From the human T2T-CHM13v2.0 reference genome, Homo sapiens: DNA of 64,000 nt. The position numbers and the translations under genes were made by a program. The notes under the pieces are model-generated. The model had not been told where the DNA came from and ran no database searches. It saw only the letters and a program-made list of their open reading frames with translations. Position 1 is the stretch's first letter. Every line of letters begins with the position of its first letter. Where the stretch lies: NCBI RefSeq assembly GCF_009914755.1, contig NC_060925.1; one strand, given 5' to 3'. Shown piece after piece: positions 1 through 36,059 of this stretch.

Positions 1-244
1 GTCTCGAACTCCTGACCTCGTGATCCGCCGGCCTCGGCCTCCCAAAGTGCTGGGATTACAGGTGTGAGCCACCACGCCCAGCCGGGCCTAGACATCTTGA
101 CAAGACATAAAGGTCCACCCTGAACCTAAATGTGTCTGAGCAGTCAGTGTTGTACTGTGGCTACTACTTCACTTTTGTATCATTCTATCTTATTAGCAAG
201 CTACATTTCTAGGTTAACAGTTCTACCAAATATGAATATGAAAG

Positions 245-250
245 TTTATT
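245..250 (-). terminator. SRSF10: Candidate poly(A) signal AATAAA for the SRSF10 long-isoform 3' UTR
   Basis: TTTATT on + strand ~320 nt past the stop codon. Confidence 0.6.
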
Positions 251-566
251 TTTAATGAGACAATGTTGCAAATTATGGTCAACCAACATCTTTTCACCAA
301 ATACTTCAAGCATAAAAAATGAGAATCTTTACAAAAATATACAGAGACACCACAAATTGGTAGCTGCCCATAACATTAAACAAACTGGACTCTTAAGAGT
401 GGCTTCTCAACAGCATATCATTTTAATTATAACCATTGCCTGGTACAGGGAAAACTAACAAGTGTTTTTTAAGCATCATTGCAACATTGTATTCCTGATA
501 ATTTAAGTAAACCAAACTATGAGTAAATGAATGATACATGCCTAAAAATGACCATGGTTTATACTA

Positions 567-9960
<9,394 letters not shown>

Positions 9961-10136
9961 TACCCTCCCCCAAGCCTGTTCTTTCTTTCTTTAGGTCTTC
10001 ATTTCCCGCCGTTTTCTACCTTACACTCCACTTCATCTCCACCCCCAAATCAGGAAGCAGATGTTTTAGTCTCTAGGCCAAACTTTGCGGTTACTACTAA
10101 ATGGACAGATTTTTAAACTATTTAGTTCAGAGAGGC

Positions 10137-10220
10137 TGCCTTAAATTTCCCGGTTGGTCCAAGTTAATGTCCTGCTTTTATTTTGCCTTAAATTTCCCGT
10201 TTGGTCCAGGTTATGCCCTG
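10137..10220. repeat. ~37-bp direct repeat, 2 copies 47 bp apart
   Basis: TGCCTTAAATTTCCCGGTTGGTCCAAGTTAATGTCCTG vs TGCCTTAAATTTCCCGTTTGGTCCAGGTTATGCCCTG. Confidence 0.85.
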
Positions 10221-10482
10221 ACCTGCGAAAGAAGGATTTACAGCTTGTATTGAGTGTGTAAAGGAAGGAGGTGTGTGCCCTTGCGCAGAGCTGGGCCTGT
10301 CTCTCCAGTGTTTTCAGCCTGCCTTTGCCCCTCACCCACACCCTAGCCATCTCCACTTAGTCACGCATTTGGCTCCCAACCTGGGTGGGACCAAACCTCA
10401 CACTGTAGGTTCATGACTGTGGTCATTTGTAGTGTATTCTTTGTTGCTGACGGCTTCCTGGGTATGCATCGGACCTGTATTG

Positions 10483-11070
<588 letters not shown>

Positions 11071-11352
11071 ATTTCCTGCTCGATAAGAGTCAACTTCTGG
11101 AGATGAGAGACTTCAGTTGGAATGCCTCCAGCGTGTGGCACAGTGCCAAGCAGGTAGCAGGGACTCAAGTACTGTTAAATTAAATGAACTTTTATTTAAT
11201 AAAAAGTCATAAAGGCATTATTTTTGTGTCAATCAGCATCTAAGACAATTAAGTGATTCGATACAGGTGATGATAGTTTGTAGCACTCTGTAGCAGAGCT
11301 ATTCTAAATTTTTGTTTCCCAAGATTTGCATGCTTAATTTATTAAAATGTTG

Positions 11353-15072
<3,720 letters not shown>

Positions 15073-15346
15073 AGAGTCTGACTCTTAAATGCTACATGAC
15101 ATCTCCCTGGAAAAGTAGATCAGGGAGCTCTGATTTACCAAGGAGTGCGTGTAGGGGCTGAGAAAAGGTAAGAACCTTTACCTTAAGACTTTATAGAATT
15201 CTCAAGGCTTACTGTTCTTTGTAGCCTGGTTATCTAGGCTAACATGTAACAATTGGTATCATGTAACAAAGGGCATGGGAAAGAACTGAATAAATACAAT
15301 CATGGGCTTCATAACAAGGTTTTGGTCAATAATTGGCCCTGTATAC

Positions 15347-17252
<1,906 letters not shown>

Positions 17253-17744
17253 CTATATACAATGGGGCTCCCATGAGATTATAATGAGCTGATTATAAAG
17301 ATTATAGAATTATAGCGATGTCATAGCTGTCTTAATGTCATAAGTTAATGTCATTATTGTTATGTGGTGTTGCTGGTGTAAATAAACCTACTGGGCTGTC
17401 AGTTGTATAAAAGTATAGCATAGGCCAGGCATGGTGGCCTACACCTGTAATCCCAGTGCTTTGGGAGGCCAAGGTGGGAATGAGATCCTGTCTCAAAAAA
17501 TAAAGAAGTATAGCATATACAATTATGTACAGTACATAATACTTGATAATGATAATAAATGATTATGTTACTGGTTTATGTATTTACTATACTATGCTTT
17601 TTATTTTGTATAACTTTTTGTTTTTAATTTTTGGGGATACATAGGATATATATATTTATGGGTTACAATATATACACATATAATATTAGTATTAATAGTT
17701 TTTAATAACTACTAAAAAGTATAGTTTAGAGTGTACTCCTTCTA

Positions 17745-17891
<147 letters not shown>

Positions 17892-18643
17892 TTACAGTTG
17901 ACTATAATATTCAGTACAGTAACATGCTGTTCAAGTTTGTGGCCTAGGAGCAATATCCTATATCATCTAGGTTTGTGTAAGTATACTTTGATGTTTGGAC
18001 ATTGATGAAATTGCCTAATGATGCGTTTTTCAGAAAAAAATCCCCACCATTAAGCCATGCATGACTGTGTGAGAATGTTGAAGCCAGGCCGAGGTGGGAG
18101 GACTGCTTAAGGCCAGGAGTTCAAAACCAACCTGGGCAACATACTGAGACCCTACCTCTGAAAAAATAATTAGGCACGGTGGCACACACCTGTAGTCCCC
18201 CCTACTAGGAAGGCTGAGGTGGGAGGATCACTTGAGCTCAAGAGGTTGAAGCTGCAGTAAGCCATGATTGTACCACTATGCTCCAGCCTGCGTGACAGAG
18301 GGAGACCCTGTTTTTAAAAAAAAATGTATAGAGGTCATCCTGTTAATGGATTTCAGTCATCCTTAAAAGGCCACAAAGCTTCTTTTTCAAACAAATTATT
18401 ATCAGAAATCCAATATATAGAATTGTATCTGTCTTGTCTCATGTTGGGGAGAGGAAAAAAAAAACAGAAAAAAACAAGTTAAGGTGCAGTGGCTTATCCT
18501 GTAATCCCAGCATTTTGGAGGCTGAGGCAGGAGGATTGCTTGAGCCCAGGAGTTCAACCGATTAACATAGCAGAGGCCCCCTCTACAGAAAAAAAAAAAA
18601 ATAGCTGGGCATGGTGGCACATGACTACAGTTCCAGCTACTCA

Positions 18644-18799
<156 letters not shown>

Positions 18800-19342
18800 C
18801 TATAAAAGACTACTGATCTGGTTTAATCTCCTCACTTTATAGGCAGGAAGGGAGGGATGCACCCCAGCCCACACCGCAAGTGAGTGGGAGAGTTTGTTCT
18901 AGAAAACTGCCAGCTGGCTGCTGTGCCTACATATTATCTGCAAACTACAGTTGTTTGAAGGAAGCCTGTAAAGCCACTTATCCATTTGGTGAAGATGAGT
19001 TTAGTTAAAATTAGATTATATTATTAAATTACATTCATTGAGCTATAATTTTTTTTTTGAGACGGAGTCTAGCTCTGTTGCCCAGGCTGGAGTGCAGTGA
19101 CATGATTTCAGCTCACTGCAACCTCCACTTCCCAGCTTCAAGCAATCCTCCTGCCTCAGCCTCCTGAGTAGCTGGGATTACAGGTGTGCACCACCACGCC
19201 TGGCTAATTTTTTGTGTTTTTAGCGGAGACGGGGTTTGCCCATGTTGGCCAGGCTGGTCTTGAACTCCTGACCTCAGGTGATCTGCCTGCCTTGGCCTCC
19301 CAAAGTGCTGGGATTACAGGTGTGAGCCACCGCACTCGGCAG

Positions 19343-21497
<2,155 letters not shown>

Positions 21498-21526
21498 GAA
21501 CCCTGACCCTTTCTGATTGTGGTTTC

Positions 21527-22129
<603 letters not shown>

Positions 22130-22143
22130 TGATTGTGGGTCTT

Positions 22144-24251
22144 TTTTTTTTTTTTTTTTAATTTATTTTTTTATTGATAATTCTTGGGTGTTTCTCACAG
22201 AGGGGGATTTGGCAGGGTCATGGGACAATAGTGGAGGGAAGGTCAGCAGATAAACAAGTGAACAAAGGTCTCTGGTTTTCCTAGGCAGAGGACCCTGCGG
22301 CCTTCCGCAGTGTTTGTGTCCCTGATTACTTGAGATTAGGGATTGGTGATGACTCTTAACGAGCATGCTGCCTTCAAGCATCTGTTTAACAAAGCACATC
22401 TTGCACCGCCCTTAATCCATTTAACCCTGAGTGGACACAGCACATGTTTCAGAGAGCACAGGGTTGGGGGTAAGGTCACAGATCAACAGGATCCCAAGGC
22501 AGAGGAATTTTTCTTAGTGCAGAACAAAATGAAAAGTCTCCCATGTCTACTTCTTTCTACACAGACAGGGCAACCATCCGATTTCTCAGTCTTTTCCCCA
22601 CCTTTCCCGCCTTTCTATTCCACAAAGCCGCCATTGTCATCCTGGCCCGTTCTCAATGAGCTGTTGGGCACACCTCCCAGACGGGGTGGTGGCCGGGCAG
22701 AGGGGCTCCTCACTTCCCAGTAGGGGCGGCCGGGCAGAGGCGCCCCTCACCTCCCGGACGGGGCGGCTGTCCTGGCGGGGGGGCTGACCCCCCCCACCTC
22801 CCTCCCGGACGGGGCGGCTGGCCGGGCAGAGGGGCTCCTCACTTCCCAGTAGGGGCGGCCGGGCAGAGGCGCCCCTCACCTCCCGGACGGGGAGGCTGGC
22901 CGGGCGGGGGGGCTGACCCCCCCCACCTCCCTCCCGGACGGGGCGGCTGGCCGGGCGGGGGGCTGACACCCCCACCTCCCTCCCGGACGGGGCGGCTGGC
23001 CGGGCGGGGGGCCGACCCCCCCACCTCCCTCCCGGACGGGGCGGCTGGCCGGGCGGGGGGCCGACCTCCCCACCTCCCTCCCGGACGGGGCGGCTGGCCG
23101 GGCGGGGGGCCGACCCCCCCACCTCCCTCCCGGACGGGGCGGCTGGCCGGGCAGAGGGGCTCCTCACTTCCCAGTAGGGGCGGCCGGGCAGAGGTGCCCC
23201 TCACCTCCCAGACGGGGCGGCTGGCCGGGCGGAGGGCTGACCCCCCAACCTCCCTCCCGGACGGGGCGGCTGGCCGGGCGGGGGGCTGACCCCCCCACCT
23301 CCCTCCCGGACGGGGCGGCTGGCCGGGTGGGGGGGCTGACCCCCCCATCTCCCTCCCGCACGGGGTGGCTGGCCGGGCTGAGGGGCTCCTCACTTCCCAG
23401 TAGGGGCGGCCGGGCAGAGGCGCCCCTCACCTCCCGGACGGGGCGGCTGGCCGGGTGGGGGGCTGACCCCCCCACCTCCCTCCCGGACGGCATGGCTGGC
23501 CAGGCGGGGGGCTGACCCCCCCACCTCCCTCCCGGATGGCACGGCTGGCCGGGCGGGGGGGCTGACCCCCCACCTCCCTCCCGGATGGGGCGGCTGGCCG
23601 GGCGGGAGGCTGACCCCCCCCCCACCTCCCTCCCGGACGGGGTGGCTGCCGGGCGGAGACGCTCCTCACTTCCCAGATGGGGTGGCTGCCGGGTGGAGAG
23701 GCTCCTCACTTCTCAGACGGGGCAGCTGCCGGGCGGAGGGGCTCCTCACTTCTCAGACGGGGTGGTTGCCAGGCAGAGGGTCTCCTCACTTCTCAGACGG
23801 GGCGGCCGGGCAGAGACGCTCCTCACCTCCCAGACGGGGTCTCGGCCGGGCAGAGGCGCTCCTCACATCCCAGATGGGGCGGCGGGGCAGAGGCGCTCCC
23901 CACATCTCAGACGATGGGCGGCCGGGCAGAGACGCTCCTCACTTCCTAGATGTGATGGCGGCTGGGAAGAGGCGCTCCTCACTTCCTAGATGGGATGGCG
24001 GCCGGGCGGAGACGCTCCTCACTTTCCAGACTGGGCAGCCAGGCAGAGGGGCTCCTCACATCCCAGACGATGGGCGGCCAGGCAGAAACACTCCTCACTT
24101 CCCAGACGGGGTGGCAGCCAGGCAGAGGCTGCAATCTCGGCACTTTGGGAGGCCAAGGCCGGCGGCTGCTCCTTGCCCTCGGGCCCCGCGGGGCCCGTCC
24201 GCTCCTCCAGCCGCTGCCTCCCGGGCGGCGCTCGCCGGCGCGGCGGCAAAG
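22144..24251 (-). mobile_element. SVA_F1 (MAST2-SVA / CpG-SVA), 5'-truncated within the MAST2 part
   Basis: Poly-T, SINE-R (~22176-22665), long VNTR (~22670-24110), partial Alu-like domain, then MAST2 exon-1 sequence; 16-bp TSD ACTGATTGTGGGTCTT at 22128-22143 and 24252-24267; TCTT/AA endonuclease site. Confidence 0.95.
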
Positions 24252-24256
24252 ACTGA
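24166..24256 (-). other. MAST2: Captured 3' end of MAST2 exon 1 spliced into the SVA
   Basis: Encodes QSLPPRRRAPPGRQRLEERTGPAGPEGKEQ (MAST2 N-terminus) joined at GGAGCAG|CCGCC to the SVA Alu-like domain. Confidence 0.92.
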
Positions 24257-24267
24257 TTGTGGGTCTT

Positions 24268-25195
<928 letters not shown>

Positions 25196-25485
25196 TCTTT
25201 ATTTTCAAATGGGGGCTCCTATGTAGATGTAAACATCTGTATGCTTTCCTCCTGTTAATTTGCATTATGTCAATTTAATTTGCAGACCCAGTTGGAGACC
25301 CTAAGAGGGCAGAGAAAAGTCGTGCCCCCCTATTCCCTTCTCAGGCCAGGTTGCAGTACTTGTCCATTCACTTTACAATTGGCAAAGAAAATCACAAGGC
25401 ACCCACATAGATCACCTGGGTTCCACGTATATTCATCCCAACCCCCATTCTATTATTTAATGATTTATTTATTTATTTATTTTGA

Positions 25486-25647
<162 letters not shown>

Positions 25648-25702
25648 TAACTCTATCTTTCCCTGTTGAGGAGGGTCAGTTGAGACCAGTTGTGAGGAAT
25701 AG

Positions 25703-26035
<333 letters not shown>

Positions 26036-27036
26036 TGATTTTTGTAGCCGTTAGGTAAGCAGCAGCTAGATCAGTCTTGGTAAATGGGAGTCTATTCCAG
26101 GTGTCAGAAAACTATAACCCTCAGGCCAAATCTGGCTTGCAGCCTGTTTTTGTATTGCCCATGTGCTAAGAATGGATTTTGCATTTTTATTGATTTACTT
26201 TATCGCATTTTTTTTTTAAGACACAAGGTCTCGCTCTGTCGCCTAGGCTAGAGTACAGTGCTATGATCATATGATACAGCAGTAGGCTGCTCATGGGAGC
26301 CTCAAAATCTAGGGCTTAAGTGATCCTCCCCCCTTAGCCTCCTGAGTAGCTGGAATTACAGCCTTGAATCACCACCATGCCTGGCTAACTAAAAAAAAAA
26401 AATTTTGGCCAGCTGCGGTGGCTCACACGTGTAATCCGAGCACTTTGGGAGGCTGAGGCAGGTGGATTGCTTCAGGCCAGAAGTTTGAGCCCAGCCTGGA
26501 CAATATGGTGAAACCCCATCTCTACTAAAAATACAAAAATTAGTCGGGGGTGGTGGCACGCACCAGTTTCGAACTCCTGTAATTCCAGCTACTCCGGAGG
26601 CTGAGGCAGAAGAATAGCTTGAACCCAGGAGGTAGAGGTTGCAGTGAGCTGAGGTAAAGCCACTGCACTCCAGCGTGGGCGACGAGCAAGATCTGTCTCA
26701 GAAAAAAAATTTTTTTTTTAGAGATGGGGGGGTGTCTCACTATGTTGCCCAGGCTGGCCTTGAACTCCTGGCCTAAAGCAATCTTCCTGCGTTGGCCTCC
26801 CAAAGAGTTGGGATGACAGGAATGAGCCACTGCACCCACCTGTTTTACAGTTTTAAATGGTTGAAAAAAATCAACCATTTCTTGGTATTAATCAAAGAAG
26901 ATTAATATTGATTTACAATATTTGTATTATAAACTGATTTCCTCTACTGACTATACATTTCTTAAAAGCAGGGACTTTGTTTTATTAGTGACAGGATAGT
27001 CTGGCATGGCAAAACTGTGGAATAACATGTTAATCT

Positions 27037-27680
27037 ATGGAACCCTTGTGCATTGCTGATGGGATGTAAAATGGTGCAGTTGCCGTGAAAAACTGGCAGT
27101 TCCTCAATAAGTTAAACATTGAATTACTGCATGATACAGCAATTCCACTCCTGGGTATGTGCTCAAAAGAATTGAAAACAGGTGTTTGAACAAAAACTTG
27201 TACACAAATGTTTATAACAGCACTATTCACAATAGCCAAAAGTTGCAAACAGGCCAAATGTCCATCAACTGATGAATGGATAAATAAAATATGGTATATT
27301 AATACAAGGGACATTATTCAGCTATAAAAAGAAATGAAGTACTGTGACATGCTACACCATAGATGAACCTTGAAAACATTATGTTAAGTGAAAGCCAGAC
27401 ACAAATGGCCACATAATGTATGATTCCATTTATATGAAATATCCAGAATAGGGAAAATCCACAGAGACCATAAGCAGATTAGTGGTTCCCAGGGGCTAAG
27501 GAGAGTAAACTGCTCAGTAGGTGGGAAGTTTCCTTTTGGGGTGATGAAAAAGTTCTGGAACTAGATAGTGGTGATGATTGCACATCATTGTGAATGTACT
27601 GAATGTCACAGAACTGTGTACTTCGGAATGGTTAAAATAGTAAATTGTATCTTATGTGTATTTTACCACAATTTTAAAAA
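27037..27680 (+). mobile_element. L1MB-type LINE-1 3' end
   Basis: CAGCAATTCCACTCCTGGGTAT..., CAAATGTCCATCAACTGATGAATGGATAAA, GATGAAAAAGTTCTGGAACTAGATAGTGGTGATG. Confidence 0.85.
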
Positions 27681-28085
27681 TAGGCTATACAAATAGGAAA
27701 AAAATTTGATCTATCACTGAATGTCAGACATTTGCATTATTTCCTAGTTTTCCTTTTTTTTTTTTTTTTCTGAGGCAGGGTCTCACTCTGTCACCCAGGC
27801 TGGAGTGCAGTGGCACAATCATGGCATCCTCTACCTCCCCAGGCTCAGGTGATCCTCCTACCTTAGCCTTCCGTGTAGCTGGGACTATAGGAGTACACCA
27901 TCACGCTTGGCTGATTTTCGTATTTTTTTCTTTTAATAGAGATGGGGTTTTGCCACGTTGCCCAGGCTGGTCTCAAATTCCTGGGCTCAAGCAATCTGCC
28001 TGCCTTAGCCTCCCAAAGTGTTGGGATTACAGGCATTAGCCATTACACCTGGCCCTATTTCCCATTTTTTATTGTTAAAACTAAC

Positions 28086-28483
28086 TGATATGGTTTGGCT
28101 GTGCCCCACCTAAAATCTCATTTTGAATTGTAATCTCCATAATCCCCACGTGTCAAGAGAAAGACTAGGTAGAGGTAATTGAATCATGGCTGGGGTGGGG
28201 AGTAGGGGGTTGGGGGATGGTTTCACTTTTGCTGTTCTCGGGGTAGTGAGTGCTCATGAGATCTGATGGTTTTATAAGGGGCTCTTCTCCCTTCCCTCAA
28301 CACTTTTCCTTCCTGCTGCCTTGTAAAGAAGGTCCCTTGCTTCCCCTTTGCCTTCCACCATGATTGTAAGTTTCCTGAGGCCTCCCCAGGCATGCTGAAC
28401 TGTGAGTCGATTAAACCTCTTTCTGTTATAAATTACCCAGTCTCGGTCAGTTCTTTATAGCAGTATGAAAGTGGACTAATACA
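28086..28483 (+). mobile_element. THE1 (C/D-like) MaLR solo LTR
   Basis: TGATATGGTTTGGCT...GGACTAATACA; 5-bp TSD CTAAC on both sides. Confidence 0.9.
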
Positions 28484-28794
28484 CTAACCTTGAGATAACC
28501 ATTGTTGTTCATCTCAGAAGCACACAATTTTAAGGACAAATTCCAAAGTGTTGAATGACTGAGTTAAAGAACAATTTTAAGAACTTGATATACAAGATAA
28601 AAATAACCTTTGGAAAGGTCGCATTGGTTTCATTCTCATTACCCATTCAATACACACACAGTGAACATGTGTAGAGTTTATACTCTGTGCCAGGTATATA
28701 TGGAAGACTAAGCCACAGTTCTCAGAGGTTTGAAATTTAACTGGATGATATAGGCCTGTAAATAGCCAGCAACAATAAGGTAAAATAGATGTAA

Positions 28795-29115
<321 letters not shown>

Positions 29116-29835
29116 TGATTCACTCCTGTTTAGGAAGGGAGGTGATATCTAAGGACACCAAGGTGTTTTCTCAGACTGTGTCAGCCATCCTCACCTATTT
29201 TGGATGTTACCTTAAAAAAGAAGTTGCCATTTTTCATAGATTAAACCTTTACTTCTTAAAAACATGTTTATTTTATTTATTTATTTTTTGAGACCGAGTT
29301 TCACTTTTGTCTCCCAGGCTGGAGTGCAGAGGCGTGATTGACTCACCACAACCACCTCCTCCCAGGTTCAAACGATTCTCCTGCCTCATCCTCCCAAGTA
29401 GCTGGGATTACAGGCATGCACTACCATGCCCGGCTAATTTTTGTATTTTTAGTAGAGACGGAGTTTCGCTGTATTGGCCAGGCTGGTCTTGAACTCCTGA
29501 CCTCAGGTGATCTGCCTGCCTTGGCCTCCCAAAGTGCTGAGATCACAGGTGTGAGCCACTGCGTCTGGCCTCCATGTTTATTTGATTGCTAGTGAAGATG
29601 AAGGTTTTTCTCATGTTTATTGACAACTTTTATTTATTTTGCTCATTTTCCATTGAGATGTAAATGCTTTTCTCAGAATTTTGAAGACTTCTGTGGTGTG
29701 ATTTTATTTCAGTTATTTTCACAGCAAATATATTCTGCTGGCTTATGTTTGCTTTTAAGTCTTGTACAGGGTGGTTTTTTAAAAAGTTTTATTGAGGTAT
29801 AATTTACATACTATAAAATATACCCACTGTGGCTA

Positions 29836-30186
<351 letters not shown>

Positions 30187-30605
30187 TTAGTAAAATATAT
30201 AGAGTTTGTATAGACATATCCAAGTCATATGAATATGTAATGAAGTTGTAGAATTGTACAGGGTGTTTTAAAAATATGTATCTCTTTCATTGTATGTAGT
30301 CATAGTTAATTTTTATTTCTTTTTAAATTCAAAGTATTTTAGAGATTAAACATATCAGTAAACAAATTCATTAACATTTTTAGAACCATGTTCTATATCA
30401 ATCATTATTTATTTTCAAATCTGGAACAATGCAAGGAGCCACACAGTTATGGGGGAAAAAAATCACACGATTTTTTTTCACATGGAGAGACTTTAGGCAT
30501 GAAAAGCAAAGATGCAGAGATTTAACTGTTTAATTTCACTGCTGTTCTTATAATCCAGTGACTTGCATAACACACAGCCTGTAGGCATGTGGAAGAATCA
30601 GGTGA

Positions 30606-31004
<399 letters not shown>

Positions 31005-31239
31005 TAGGTTTTGACTTTGCTCCCTCTCTGGACTCTGTACACAGAGTGTTTCACTTTAGAAACACTGTCTTTTTTCTTTATTTAAGTCTGACTCTTTCTT
31101 CCTCTTTGCTCAGTGATAACTGTTGGGAAGAAATGGCTTGTGTATTATTCACTTCGAATGGACATTTCAGCTTTGGTCCTTGCCTTGAGGATCAAAATAT
31201 TATCACCTTCGTTCATACTCCTTAGGACCATCTCACCCC

Positions 31240-31465
31240 TCTCTCACATGGTGAGAGAGCAAGAGAGATGCCAGGCTTTTTTCAAAAGCCAGACCTTGTG
31301 TGAACTACTGGAGCAAGAACTCACTCATTACCATGGGGATGGCACCACGCCATTCATAAGGGATCTGGCCCTAAGACCCAAACACCTCCCACCAGGCCCA
31401 CCTCCAACATTGGAGGCCACATTTCAACATGAGATTTGAAGGAGACACACATCCAAACTACATCA
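31240..31465 (-). mobile_element. MST-type MaLR LTR fragment
   Basis: CCAAACACCTCCCACCAGGCCCACCTCCAACATTGG...CATCCAAACTACATCA. Confidence 0.75.
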
Positions 31466-31508
31466 TCATCCAAAGATGAGGATAGTAATTTATACCTAAT
31501 AGGATTTC

Positions 31509-31824
31509 TTTTTTTTTTTTTTTTTTTTTTTTGAGACGGAGTCTCGCTCTGTCGCCCAGGCGGGACTGCGGACTGCAGTGGCGCAATCTCGGCTCACTGC
31601 AAGCTCCGCCGCTTCCCGGGTTCATGCCATTCTCCTGCCTCAGCCTCCCGAGTAGCTGGGACTACAGGCGCCCGCCACCGCGCCCGGCTAATTTTTTTTG
31701 TATTTTTAGTAGAGACGGGGTTTCACCTTGTTAGCCAGGATGGTCTCGATCTCCTGACCTCATGATCCACCCGCCTCGGCCTCCCAAAGTGCTGGGATTA
31801 CAGGCGTGAGCCACCGCGCCCGGC
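31509..31824 (-). mobile_element. Young AluYb8-lineage insertion
   Basis: Diagnostic 7-bp duplication CTGCAGTCCGCAGTCC, intact CpGs, ~24-nt pure A tail, perfect 15-bp TSD ACCTAATAGGATTTC (31494-31508, 31825-31839). Confidence 0.92.
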
Positions 31825-32018
31825 ACCTAATAGGATTTCATAAGGAACAAATATAGTAATACATGTCCAGTATCTTGCACATGGTAGGTGATCAATACAT
31901 ATTTACAAATGTCAATAAATATTAACATTATTATTATTCTCATTCAATGTACATAATTAGGAGTTAGTTAATAAGAGAATACTTTGGTCAGTCAGTACTA
32001 CATATTAATATAGTTTCA

Positions 32019-32204
<186 letters not shown>

Positions 32205-33952
32205 TTAGTTGGGCATGGTGGCACATGCCTGTAGTCCCATGTACTTGGGGGGCTGAGGTGGGAAGGTCACTTGAGCCTGGGTGGTTGAGGCTGCAGTAAG
32301 CCATGGATCACACCACTGCACTCCAGCCTGGGTGACAGAGTAAGACCCTGTCCAAAAAAAAAAAGGAAAATAAAAAGTAAAACCTTAACTATTTACAAAA
32401 TTGAAGAGCATAATCAGAGCTGTTATATATGGATATTCAGGTTGTACACTGCCCAACACAGGAATGTAGTTTACATAGACTATAAAATGAATGGTGCTCT
32501 CTGGATTTGTTCAGTGCACAACTCTAACAGTCATACATGGTAGCTTCCAAGATAATAAATAGTAGCCTCCAAGGTAATAGATAGTAATGGTCTTCAATGA
32601 ATAATTGGACGTCTTGTAACAAGGAAAGCAGAAAGCAATTAAAGCTGTTTTTGGATTTCATGATTGGAAGGGTCCTTGGAGATGATCTAGTTCAACCCCC
32701 TCATATTTCAGATAAGAAAACTAAGATCAGGGGAGGGAAAAGTACAAGGTTCATCCAGGGCAGAACTGGGACAAGAACTATGTCTCTAGGGTCTTTGCTA
32801 ATTGCCCTTTGTGTTTATGCAGAATTTCATTGTTGGTAGAAATTAGCATTCCAAATCACATCTTAAAACCCCTATAGAGAAAGAAGACTTGCAACGGCTT
32901 TGCATCTTCTAGCCTTTGTTGGGAACAAACTCAGGATGGCTAAGCAGGAATGTGTTGAGTTCTGGGTCTTAGCTCTTCAGTGTCCTGCATGTTTTCTCAG
33001 GGTGAACAATTCCTGTTGAGCAATGCCCCTTTGAAATCATTTTGTTTGCCTCTGTCTTTGACTTGATGTTAGCTGGCAAGTGGTGTGGTTTGCTAATGAC
33101 CTCAACCAGGTTGCTAGCTTGGTAGTAATCTGAGAACAGTGTCTCTGGAGACCAGCTGAACTCCTTTGAGGTTTGCTGTGGTGAATTGATGTACTGCTTC
33201 AGATTTTAATTCAGAATCAAACAGAGCCTGAGTAGGGACGATGGGAGGCTACAGGAAGCTGATGTTGGGCATTAAGTGTGTTGGGCTTTGAATTAATAGC
33301 TAGCTATGCGTTGCCTTTTCCCTGTCCTCCACAGCCAGGTATTTGTCAGTAAATGGATATGTGGGAGGCATTGTGCCACTAGGTGCTGTGGGGAAGCCAG
33401 GAAGAATCAAACCCAAGGGGGTTAGTTTGTCCCAGGGGGCTGGTGCCTTTGGGAGAGAGCTGTGTGCAGACATTGAACCTGGGCCATACCTTCAAAAATT
33501 GGTAGGTTTGGAGCAGAGGAGATAGAAAAGAAAAAGAGAATGGGGAAAGCATTTTGGGTGGGAGTAATGACAAGCTCAAAAGCTTAGAGGGAGACATATA
33601 CAAGGTGTGTTTGGGAAATGAAATACAGATCAATCTAATCAGTAGTGAGAAGTTATGAAAGGAAGATCGAGCTTTGTGCAGTGGCGATACCATAGCCAAT
33701 GAGGTGCGATTGTTGCTAATTGGGAAAAAAAAGGAGGACTTTGGTCTAGCTTGATAGGTCCTTAAACCCCAAATGTGGGAGACTTTATTTATTTATTTAA
33801 GATGGGATCTCACTCTGTCGCTGAGACTGGAGTGCAGTGGTGCAATCATAGCTCACTGTAGCCTTGAAACTCTGGGTTCGAGTGATCCTTCTGCTTCAGC
33901 CTCCTAAGTAGCTGGAACTACAGGTGTGCGCCACTATGTCCAGCTAATTTAA

Positions 33953-34165
<213 letters not shown>

Positions 34166-34282
34166 TAACTAACTTCAACTTAATCTTTGAGTTATTGAAT
34201 ATCCAGATGGGATTGTGATTGGGCTAAAAGATGATTTAGCATCACCCAGAGATAAATTCAGAGGTGGATTAAATTAAATTAA

Positions 34283-34417
<135 letters not shown>

Positions 34418-35094
34418 TAGGATTACAAGTGCCCGCCACCACACTTGGCTAATTTTTATTTTTATATTTATTTTTAATAGAGACAGGGTTTCACCATGTT
34501 GGCCAGGATGGTCTTGAACTCCTGACCTCAGGTGATTCACCCTCCTTAGGCTCCCAGAGTGTTGGGATTACAGGCATGAGCCACTGCGCCTGACCAGAGG
34601 TGGATTTTATGTCTCACATTTTTGAGGAAGAGAATGGGTCTTTGTGGGAGAGATTATTTGCATATTCAAGGAGAAGATCATGAAGTAGTTTTAATTGTTG
34701 TATGAATGTTAAATATAGGCTGGGAGCGGTGGCTCATGCCTGTAATCCTGGCACTTTAGGAGGCCAAGGCAGGTAGATCCCTTGAGCTCAGAAATTCAAG
34801 ACCAGTCTGGGCAACATAGTGAGTGAACTGTAGTCTCAGCTACTCAGGAGGCTGAGGTAGGAGGATCGCCTGAGCCCGAGAAGTCAAGCTTTCAGTGAGC
34901 CATGATTGCACCACTGCCATGCACTCTAGCCTGGGCAACAGAGTGAGACTCTATCTGAAAAAATAAAGAAAAAAAAAGTTAAATGTAGGTAGAGTGACAA
35001 AACATGCTGGGTAACCAATAACTTGTGCTGTTGCTCTCACCTGCCCTTCTGCACTCTGGTAGACATTTCAGAGAGTGACAAACTGTATTTTCTA

Positions 35095-35766
<672 letters not shown>

Positions 35767-35896
35767 TTACTGATCTTTGAGTAATCTCATCTCCCCTCTT
35801 TTGATACTCCTTCCCTTTTAACACTCTTGTAGCCAGTTTCATTATTAATTTATTCTATTTGAAACACCTAGACTGATTTTCTTGATTAGATCCTGA

Positions 35897-36059
<163 letters not shown>

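Noticed and set aside
1-566. Alternative last exon of the short SRSF10 isoform
   Set aside because: Its C-terminal peptide is not visible here; it presumably lies beyond the left edge of the window.
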